Shown: in pieces, positions 25,540 through 31,717 of the stretch | Numbering within the stretch: the stretch's first letter is position 1 | Layout of the letters: every line of letters begins with the position of its first letter | DNA from: a virus | DNA: 48,932 bases | Direction: 5' to 3' (one strand) | IMG/VR virus record: IMGVR_UViG_3300037458_000314 | Location: 1-48,932 of that record | Notes under the pieces: model-generated | Seen by the model: only the letters and a program-made list of their open reading frames with translations | Database searches by the model: none | What the model was told of the DNA's origin: nothing | Made by a program: the position numbers and the translations under genes

Positions 25540-25556
25540 CCTAACGTCTTGTTATG
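25540..25556. promoter_or_regulatory. Imperfect operator-like palindrome CCTAAC-GTCTT-GTTATG
   Basis: Same half-site and 5-nt spacing as 12844 and 30257, with one arm mismatch. Lies just downstream of the predicted leftward -10. Confidence 0.4.
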
Positions 25557-25562
25557 TTGGTA

Positions 25563-25590
25563 ATGGTAGCAGACACGCCGAAAATGGCAA
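25563..25590 (-). promoter_or_regulatory. Possible sigma70-like leftward promoter for 25514..24228
   Basis: Minus strand reads TTGCCA (25590-25585), 16-nt spacer, TACCAT (25568-25563). Confidence 0.4.
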
Positions 25591-25616
25591 GAAATATTTA
25601 TTTAGGAATTAAAGTT

Positions 25617-25789
25617 TGCTCCGTCAGCTAATTCAGGTGCTCCGCCAGCCCGCTGTAAGTCATTGATTTTGCTCATGCTCCGTCAGCTACTACCCCAGGT
25701 GCTCCGCCTGCTCCGCCAGCCTTCTGTAAGCTATTGATTCACCAGCACTTCTTGCTCCGTCAGCTTTTTTTAGGGGTGCTCCGTCAGCT
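25617..25789 (+). repeat. Iteron array: TGCTCCGTCAGCT x4 plus TGCTCCGCC x3, all in direct orientation
   Basis: The 13-mers start at 25617, 25676, 25753 and 25777. The 9-mers start at 25638, 25700 and 25709. Two longer ~55-65-bp units (25617-25670 and 25676-25740) also share CTGTAAG.(C/T)ATTGATT. Adjacent to the AT-richest stretch, 25591-25616. Confidence 0.8.
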
Positions 25790-25822
25790 ACCCTCCCCCT
25801 AAAGGGGGAGAGGGGGAGGGTA
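25789..25822. other. GC-rich hairpin abutting the last iteron
   Basis: TACCCTCCCC (25789-25798) pairs with GGGGAGGGTA (25813-25822). 14-nt loop. An alternative inner hairpin CCCCC-TAAA-GGGGG is possible. Confidence 0.5.
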
Positions 25823-26047
25823 GACTGACCTGACATTGCGCGAGAGTTGGCGGGCTGGTGAATATTTCCGGGTCCTGAGTTTTTGGGCAGCAGGGAGATT
25901 TGCGGATTTCCCGGTTTCGAGTATTTGGGTCGCCGGTGTCTGTGGTTGCAGCGACCTGTCTCCCGGTGTAGGGTCTGTCCCAGACAACCACGAGGCGCTA
26001 CTGGCCCCGCCACCCCGGGCCAGCCACTCCCCAGAGGAGCAACACTC

Positions 26048-26281
26048 ATGGCTTTCAGCATCAAGGGCGTTCGCGTCTACCATCACGGGTCTTTCACCGT
26101 TGCCAACCTCCCCACGGCGGCGACCCACGGTTCCCGGCTTGAGCTGGGGGACACGGCCTACGCGACCAACGGCAGGCGGGCAGGTGAAGGCGCAGCCGCT
26201 GGCACGGGTGTCCATGTCTGCTGGTGCGGCTCCCCCGCCGCGTGGAAGGCCGCGGACACCGGCGCCACGGTGGCGGCCTGA
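26048..26281 (+). CDS. Small hypothetical protein (77 aa), lone rightward gene between two leftward units
   Basis: ATG 26048 is about 9 nt after GGAG. Good GC3. The pattern VANLPTAA..G.R....D........G.G..G.G..V...G....W resembles small tail-fibre-associated phage proteins I recall but cannot name. Confidence 0.55.
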   Translation: MAFSIKGVRVYHHGSFTVANLPTAATHGSRLELGDTAYATNGRRAGEGAAAGTGVHVCWCGSPAAWKAADTGATVAA

Positions 26282-26315
26282 CCTAGTCGAGTTCTCTGCC
26301 TTCATGTGTTTGGGT

Positions 26316-26346
26316 CGCCGGAGGGTTAACCCCACCCCCTCCGGCG
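26316..26346. other. GC-rich hairpin downstream of the 77-aa gene
   Basis: CGCCGGAGGG (26316-26325) pairs with CCCTCCGGCG (26337-26346). 11-nt loop. No clear U-tract on either strand. Confidence 0.45.
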
Positions 26347-26412
26347 GCCAGGTCCAGGCGGCGGGGCGGCTCCGGCCTCCCTCCCCGTCCCGCCCGCCGG
26401 GGCCACCCTCCG

Positions 26413-26444
26413 CCCGGTGTCCCGGTGTCCCGGTGTCCCGGTGT
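26413..26444. repeat. Perfect tandem repeat, 8 bp x 4 (CCCGGTGT)
   Basis: Read directly: cccggtgt cccggtgt cccggtgt cccggtgt, in non-coding DNA. Confidence 0.95.
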
Positions 26445-26459
26445 CCTGAGACAAGCCGG

Positions 26460-26528
26460 CCCCGAGCTACCCCGAGCTACCCCGAGCTACCCCGAGCTAC
26501 CCCGAGCTACCCCGAGCTACCCCGAGCC
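26460..26528. repeat. Perfect tandem repeat, 10 bp x 6 plus a partial seventh (CCCCGAGCTA)
   Basis: Read directly. Six identical units span 26460-26519, followed by ccccgagcc and then degenerate CCCTGGCC repeats to about 26560. Confidence 0.95.
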
Positions 26529-26697
26529 CCTGGCCCCGAGTCCCTGGCCCCTGGCCCCGGTCCCCGGGCCCTACGGTGGCGCGTGGGCCCTTCTAGCGGG
26601 CGGACCCATGCCGCCCTACCGGGTAGGCTGGCAGAAACGGCAGGGGGCCCCGTAGGGCCCCCGTATGGCGCCACCCCCGGGCGGGGGCGGTGGCCGA

Positions 26698-28680
26698 TCA
26701 GTCGGCGGGAGCCGCCGCCGTGATCTGGCGGGCGATCGCGGCGAGGCCTTCCGCCGGCAGGGTGGCGGGGTTCACGTCGATCACGTTCTCAGTGCCGAAG
26801 GCGGTACGGTAACGCCTAAGCTCGTCCCGGTCGCAGTCAAGGGCGAGTAGCAGTGTTTCAACGCCCCGAGAGCGTAGGTCAGTGTTGACGCGGGCAACCC
26901 ACGGCGAGCCGTAGCCGTCGGCGCCGTCGGTTATGCAAACCAAAAGGCGGCGGGGCGACGGTTGCGCCAAAAGCTCGGGGGCGACGGCGAGCATAGCCTC
27001 GCCTAGCGGCGTGCTGCCTAGCCGTAGATCGGCGAGCGCGGCGATCGCCGGGAGAGCGGTGGCGGTGCGCTGGCGGAAGGCCTTCGCCTCGCGGGCCCGG
27101 CTACCGCGCCCATCGGCCAACCCGTAAACGGCCACCGGGGCGGTAGCCGCCTCAACGGCTTCCGACAGTGCCACGGCGAGCGCCAACGCGGCCATTATTC
27201 GGGCGGCGCCGTAATAGTGCATACTCCCACTGGTATCGACCAAAAGCGCCACCGCCGTTTCGGTCCCGGGCGTCGCCCATCGGCGGGCGAAGACATCCGG
27301 GCGCCCTTGCGCGGCCCGGCAGAGTGCCCGCCGGTCAAGCCGGCCACCCAACCGGTGGCGGGCAAAGCCCCGGTCTTCCGGCGCCTTGACTAGGCGCCGC
27401 ACCGCACCGCGCAACGCCGCAGAGTTGCCGGCCCAAGCGCGGGCCGCCGCGATAGTGGCTTGCGCGTCGCCCCGTGTGTCTTCCTGCCGGCGGATGCGGC
27501 GGCCCGCAATTTCCGCTTGCGTGTCCGCTAGTAGCCGGTCGAAAACTTGCGGCCTGCCGTGGGCGTTGTGCGCGGCCTTCGCCAGTTCTTCCGCGTCCGG
27601 TTCCGCGTCCGCGATGTCCGCCGGGTCAAATGGCTTCGGGTTGTTGCCTTCGCCCTGGCCTTCGCCGCGCCCGGCGCCCTGGCCTTCGCCTTCGCCTTCG
27701 CCTTCGCCCTGGCCTTCGCCTTCGCCCTGGCCTTCGCCCTGGCCTTCGCCCTGGCCTTCGCCCTGGCCTTCGCCCTGGCCTTCGCCCTGGCCTTCGCCTT
27801 CGCCTTCGCCTTCGCCTTCGCCCTGGCCTTCGCCTTCGCCTTCGCCTTCGCCCTGGCCTTCGCCTTCGCCCTGGCCTTCGCCCTGGCCTTCGCCCTGGCC
27901 TTGCGGCTCGCGGGGCTGGCGGGGAGCGCGACCGTCACCCTGAGGCGGCTGCGGGGCGGTGGCGGCATCCGGCAGGCGGGCCAGGACCTCCCGGGCAATC
28001 GCCAGGACATCGGAAGTCGACCGGGCGGCCGGTAGGGCCGCCAGGGCGTCGTTGTAGACTTCGCGCAGTGCGGCCGGGATAAGGGCCCACGTCGCGGCTA
28101 GCGTTGAATGCTGGAACCCGTAGGACCCTACGCGGCCATAGATCGCCAACACGAAAGCCGCCTGTCTCGGGTCGCTCGCCCACGCCGGGCTATGGTTCGC
28201 CGTTGCCTTCTCAACGAGAGCCGCCGCGAGCGCGGACAGTGTCTCGCGGGCGTTCGCCGCACCGGTGGCGACGCATAGCCCCTCAATCCGCGCGTCTTCC
28301 AGGCCATTGAGGATGCGGGCGAGAGCTTGCCCGCCGGCGTGGCTCGCGCGGGCCATGCCGTCGGGTTCAGTCCATCTAACGTGCGACGCTTCATGCAGCC
28401 AATAGCCGGTGAGGCGATCCGCCTCCGCCCGCGTCAAGCGCGTTCCGGCCGCGAAGGCCGGGAGCAACAAGCGGGCCCGCAGGATAGGGCCGTCAACGGA
28501 CCATGACACTGCCGCCTGAGTGCCCCAGTGAGTCGGGTCCGGGGCCAGGATGTCGACAATGGTTCGCTTGCCGGGAAACCAACGGTCGACCGTAGCCGTG
28601 AAGGCTTTCACGGCGGCTAGCCGCCAATGATCGGCCGGGATGGTGGCGGCGGGGCGGGCGTTCTTTGTTGTGGCTTTCAT
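26698..28680 (-). CDS. vWA-domain protein (CobT-like / DUF2201-like) with an N-terminal HExxH motif and a (GE/GQ)n linker
   Basis: ATG 28680 lies 7 nt after GGAGA (the track's TTG 28701 is an alternative). HExxH in [15 protein letters not shown] motif [10 protein letters not shown], later ITDGADG. Partnered with the upstream AAA+ gene. Confidence 0.8.
   Translation of the reverse strand: MKATTKNARPAATIPADHWRLAAVKAFTATVDRWFPGKRTIVDILAPDPTHWGTQAAVSWSVDGPILRARLLLPAFAAGTRLTRAEADRLTGYWLHEASHVRWTEPDGMARASHAGGQALARILNGLEDARIEGLCVATGAANARETLSALAAALVEKATANHSPAWASDPRQAAFVLAIYGRVGSYGFQHSTLAATWALIPAALREVYNDALAALPAARSTSDVLAIAREVLARLPDAATAPQPPQGDGRAPRQPREPQGQGEGQGEGQGEGEGQGEGEGEGEGQGEGEGEGEGEGQGEGQGEGQGEGQGEGQGEGQGEGEGQGEGEGEGEGQGAGRGEGQGEGNNPKPFDPADIADAEPDAEELAKAAHNAHGRPQVFDRLLADTQAEIAGRRIRRQEDTRGDAQATIAAARAWAGNSAALRGAVRRLVKAPEDRGFARHRLGGRLDRRALCRAAQGRPDVFARRWATPGTETAVALLVDTSGSMHYYGAARIMAALALAVALSEAVEAATAPVAVYGLADGRGSRAREAKAFRQRTATALPAIAALADLRLGSTPLGEAMLAVAPELLAQPSPRRLLVCITDGADGYGSPWVARVNTDLRSRGVETLLLALDCDRDELRRYRTAFGTENVIDVNPATLPAEGLAAIARQITAAAPAD
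27647..27903 (-). repeat. Hexanucleotide tandem tract encoding about 85 aa of GE/GQ dipeptide repeats
   Basis: The plus strand is a near-pure alternation of GCCTTC and GCCCTG units. All six frames are open, giving the artefactual ORFs 27386-28082. Confidence 0.9.
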
Positions 28681-28697
28681 CGACTTGTCTCCGGGGT

Positions 28698-30206
28698 TCA
28701 AATCTGGACAGGTTCAAACTCCGCCTGAGCGGAGGCGCCGGCCGATGTCGCCGGGGGCGGGACGGCGGGGGCGGCGTGGCCCCTGGCCAGCGCCTCAACA
28801 GTCGACGGGTTGTAGTGGGCTTGCCTCAGTTGCGCGAGGGTTTCGCTATCTTCCGGCGCCGCACCGTCGCCGATTGTCGCCGCCCACGCGGCGAGCGCAT
28901 TGCGGCCTGCCGTCAAGAGGCGGGCCAGGGCGATAAGCCGGCGCGGGCCGATCGGCGCGGTAAGCTCGCCCCGATCGGCGGCTTGCCGCGAGTAGCCGGC
29001 CAGTTCAACGAGTGCGGCGGCCAACGGCAGGGGGCAACCGGACCGGGCGGAAACCATGGCCGCCTCTTTTGCCGGCGGGAGATAGTCAAGGCGGGCCCGG
29101 AGTTCAAACCGGTCCAATAGGGCCCCATTCATGGCCTGCAAGCCGTTATATCTCCCCGTTGTGTCACCGTGGCCGGCGGAGTTGTCGGCGGCAATCCAGA
29201 GTGTGAGGGGGCTCGCCGGGATGACCTCGCCGGTTTCGCGGATTGACAGGGCGCCCCCGGTTTCTAGCGCACCGTGCAAGATTGCCAACACGCCGGGCGG
29301 GGCGGTGGCCGGTTCGTCAAGCAACACAACGGCGGCCGGCGAGCGCATGGCGAGGGCGAGTTGCCCGTCCTGCCAGCGCACGCCGCCGGTGCTGGCATCC
29401 GGCACCGTCATTCCAACTACGTCCGGGGCTTCGGTGGACCTGTCGAAATTTACTCTGAAAAACGGGCGGCCAAGCCTCGCGGCCAGTTGCGCGGCAAATG
29501 TTGTCTTGCCGGTGCCAGCGTCGCCGAAAAGCCATACCCGAGTGCCCCGACCGTCGGCGGCGAGCGCGAGGACATCCGGCAAAATGTCGGGCCACTGATA
29601 AGCGGCATCGACGGGCGGGGCTAGCGGCGAGTCGCCCACGGTGACGGCAAGCCGCCCGGCGGCGCCGCGAAGGCCGAAGACCCGGCCGGCGGTGTCCTGT
29701 CTCAGGGCGAGCGGTCGCCCGACCGGGGCGACACTGCCGGCCGGCGAAGACACGGCGACGGGGAGCGCCGCGAGCCGGGCGGCCTCGCCTTCGGCGGTCA
29801 CGGCGCGGGCGGCCAGCGCCTTTATGCGGTCCGGTAGGCTTGTCAGGTCACCCGCCAGGACATCGAGGACGGCGGCGGCCACCGGGTCAATTGCCGGGGC
29901 CGGCGGGGCGGCTTCCTGGCCTTCCGGGTCCTCGCCTTCCGGGTCCTCGCCGTCCTGGCCTTCCGGGTCCGTTGCAGGGGCGGCGGCGGCCACGGGGGCG
30001 GCGGGAGCGGTGGCGGGCATCATGGCGAAGGGGGCCGGGTCAATCCCCAGTGCGGCGGCGGCGGTGAGCAGGCCGTCGATGGTCAACGTGCCGGTGCCGG
30101 ATATCCCATGCTCCGCGCGGTAGGTTGGCCAGCCGGGGGCGGCAGAGATAGCGGTCTTAAGGGCTTGCCGGCCGGCGGCGGTGAAACGGTAAGCCGTTGT
30201 TGTCAT
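28698..30206 (-). CDS. AAA+ ATPase of the MoxR/CobS (AAA_5) type with an N-terminal extension
   Basis: Walker A LFGDAGTGKTT, Walker B VVLLDEP, LLDRF. The N-terminal ~200 aa include acidic DPEGQDGEDPEGEDPEGQE repeats. ATG 30206 comes after GAGAGGA. Confidence 0.85.
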   Translation of the reverse strand: MTTTAYRFTAAGRQALKTAISAAPGWPTYRAEHGISGTGTLTIDGLLTAAAALGIDPAPFAMMPATAPAAPVAAAAPATDPEGQDGEDPEGEDPEGQEAAPPAPAIDPVAAAVLDVLAGDLTSLPDRIKALAARAVTAEGEAARLAALPVAVSSPAGSVAPVGRPLALRQDTAGRVFGLRGAAGRLAVTVGDSPLAPPVDAAYQWPDILPDVLALAADGRGTRVWLFGDAGTGKTTFAAQLAARLGRPFFRVNFDRSTEAPDVVGMTVPDASTGGVRWQDGQLALAMRSPAAVVLLDEPATAPPGVLAILHGALETGGALSIRETGEVIPASPLTLWIAADNSAGHGDTTGRYNGLQAMNGALLDRFELRARLDYLPPAKEAAMVSARSGCPLPLAAALVELAGYSRQAADRGELTAPIGPRRLIALARLLTAGRNALAAWAATIGDGAAPEDSETLAQLRQAHYNPSTVEALARGHAAPAVPPPATSAGASAQAEFEPVQI

Positions 30207-30256
30207 TTGCGTTTCCTCTCGTCTCGGGTATGGTGTCCGCCCCGTCGGGCGACGGG

Positions 30257-30273
30257 GCTAACGGAATGTTAGC
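30257..30273. promoter_or_regulatory. Operator-like palindrome GCTAAC-GGAAT-GTTAGC in the 5' region of the AAA+/vWA unit
   Basis: Perfect 6+6 inverted repeat with a 5-nt spacer. On the minus strand it overlaps a candidate -10 TAACAT (TTCCAA-17-TAACAT). Next to an 8-bp-stem hairpin, GCCCCGTC-GGGC-GACGGGGC (about 30239-30258). Confidence 0.5.
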
Positions 30274-30366
30274 CTATCGTGCCCGACATTGGAAGACACT
30301 GCCCGACACGGCGCCCCTTCAAGTCGACCGGGCGGGCGCAAAGAGCAAAAAACGAGCCAAATCAGT

Positions 30367-30387
30367 TACTAACAGGATACTAACAGG
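30367..30387 (+). repeat. Direct repeat TACTAACAGG x2 with 11-bp period (two CTAAC half-sites)
   Basis: tactaacagga tactaacaggg, read directly. A TATAAA box lies at 30393-30398. Confidence 0.7.
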
Positions 30388-30537
30388 GTGTGTATAAACA
30401 TGTGGAAAACCCCTACGGGGCCCGTGGCGCCCTTCCAGTGTCTCGGGGGATGTCCCGGCATGGGTCCGGGCGTGCGCTTGTCTCAGAAGCTCTCAGGGGC
30501 TTACAAGGCCATTCCGACTAAATCACTCTTGTTACGC

Positions 30538-30565
30538 TTGTCTCGGGGCGTATGACCGGGATAAT
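30538..30565 (+). promoter_or_regulatory. Possible sigma70-like rightward promoter
   Basis: TTGTCT, 16-nt spacer, GATAAT. The -35 lies within a CGCTTGTCTC element that also occurs about 60 bp upstream. Confidence 0.35.
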
Positions 30566-30637
30566 ACTGCCGTGCGCCGTCGTCTGAGACACGGTAACAC
30601 CCCAATAGAATCAACCACTTAGCGGGGCACAGAACCA

Positions 30638-30883
30638 ATGGAGAACGAAAAAACTGCCATTTTGTCAGTCTGTCTCGGGACGCTTCGGAGCATTGCCGAA
30701 GACACCTCCGCGCCCCCTGCTGCGCGGGCCGCTGCGGCCCGGACGTTGCTTGAAGCTCTCGGGGTTGTCGGGGCGAAGGCCAGCCGGGGCGCGTCGTTGT
30801 CTGAGGGCCAGGACCGGCCCGCCGCCGCGATGTCGGATGCAGAACTCAGCGCGGCGATCGCCCGGCTAGCCGGTGGCAAGTGA
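30638..30883 (+). CDS. Hypothetical small Ala-rich protein (81 aa), tentative
   Basis: ATG 30638. Moderate GC3, weak RBS. It is the only ORF in the 0.9-kb gap. Confidence 0.4.
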   Translation: MENEKTAILSVCLGTLRSIAEDTSAPPAARAAAARTLLEALGVVGAKASRGASLSEGQDRPAAAMSDAELSAAIARLAGGK

Positions 30884-30954
30884 CCGTGTCTCCTGGCCTT
30901 TCCGGATTCTAGGTCAGACTCCCGGGGGTGTCCCGGGGCGGGGGTGTCTCGGGA

Positions 30955-30977
30955 CACGGGGAGACACGGGGAGACAC
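30955..30977 (+). repeat. Tandem 10-bp repeat CACGGGGAGA x2.3 carrying GAGACA motifs
   Basis: Read directly. Part of a cluster gtgtctcgggacacggggagacacggggagacaccggg...gggagacacgg. Confidence 0.8.
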
Positions 30978-31015
30978 CGGGCGGCGGGAGACACGGCCGC
31001 CGGTGGCGGCGGGCG

Positions 31016-31039
31016 CCCCCCACCCCCCGGCCCCCACCC
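31016..31039 (-). other. G-quadruplex-prone tract (minus strand)
   Basis: The plus strand has four C-runs (6, 6, 5 and 3 nt) separated by 1-2 nt: CCCCCCACCCCCCGGCCCCCACCC. Confidence 0.5.
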
Positions 31040-31126
31040 GCAGCCGCAAGCCGCGCGGACGCCCCGTCTCGCTACCATATGCGCAATTTTTAAGAAAAAC
31101 AGATAGTTAGCAGAGGTTTGGCCGGC

Positions 31127-31672
31127 ATGGGTATACCCCGCGGAAGCAAGCGGAACTTCTCGCCCGAGGTGCGGGCGGCGTGTGGTGAGCGAATCCGGCT
31201 GGCCCGGATTTACCTACCCCGCTGCTCGGCCCTGACGGTGCAGGGAGAGCCCTGCAAGATGCAGGCGCTCAAGGGTCAGCCGAAGTGCTGGCTCCACACG
31301 TCGGTCACGAAACGGGCGGAGCTGGGCTATCCGAAGGCGATCGCCCTCCTGCAGCGGGCGGCAATGGCCCGGGCGGCCCCGGAGGCGGTGAAACAACTGC
31401 CCTTGTGGAAGTGCCTCGGGGTCAACCAGCGGGTTGTGCTGCTCGAAGGCTGGCACGAGGAGGTGGAGCAGGGTGTTCATGGCGCCTGGTGGGCCGCCGT
31501 GCGCCGAGTTCTGGAGTGGAGACAGCGCAAACGGGAGGTCTACCACGTCAAGTCTTGGCCGACCTGGCTGCGCCGACCGCTGATTGGGACTGGTGGCGCC
31601 ACGCCTGTGCCGCCGACGGTCGTGTCTTGCCCGGTTGAGGAGACAGAACTACACTCGGACGAACTTTTCTAG
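31127..31672 (+). CDS. Putative zinc-ribbon DNA-binding protein
   Basis: ATG 31127 (track TTG 31118 is an alternative). CSALTVQGEPCKMQALKGQPKCWLH is a C-x9-C-x10-C-x2-H pattern common in small phage regulators. Confidence 0.55.
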   Translation: MGIPRGSKRNFSPEVRAACGERIRLARIYLPRCSALTVQGEPCKMQALKGQPKCWLHTSVTKRAELGYPKAIALLQRAAMARAAPEAVKQLPLWKCLGVNQRVVLLEGWHEEVEQGVHGAWWAAVRRVLEWRQRKREVYHVKSWPTWLRRPLIGTGGATPVPPTVVSCPVEETELHSDELF

Positions 31673-31717
31673 GGTTTTCGCGCCTTTCCGGGCGCCTGAC
31701 GAGGGTTCGAGACACCG

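Noticed and set aside
26413-26528. CRISPR array
   Set aside because: The repeats are only 8 and 10 bp long and strictly tandem, with no unique spacers. No cas genes are present.
25836-26723. 295-aa plus-strand ORF covering the iteron-distal spacer, the 77-aa gene region and both tandem arrays
   Set aside because: Its translation is Pro/Arg/Gly-rich and consists partly of translated 8-bp and 10-bp tandem repeats (ATPSYPELPR repeated). Only the 26048..26281 frame has an RBS and a protein-like composition.
27386-28082. Plus-strand ORFs of 160-200 aa across the hexanucleotide tract ((PWPS)n, (LRPG)n, (AFAL)n)
   Set aside because: All six frames are open over a 6-nt repeat. The minus-strand GE/GQ frame is the only one continuous with the flanking HExxH and vWA domains.
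26698-30206. Annotating the AAA+/vWA pair as cobalamin biosynthesis genes cobS/cobT
   Set aside because: Only fold-level resemblance is visible. There is no cobN or other pathway gene, and the HExxH motif and N-terminal extension are not explained by a chelatase role.
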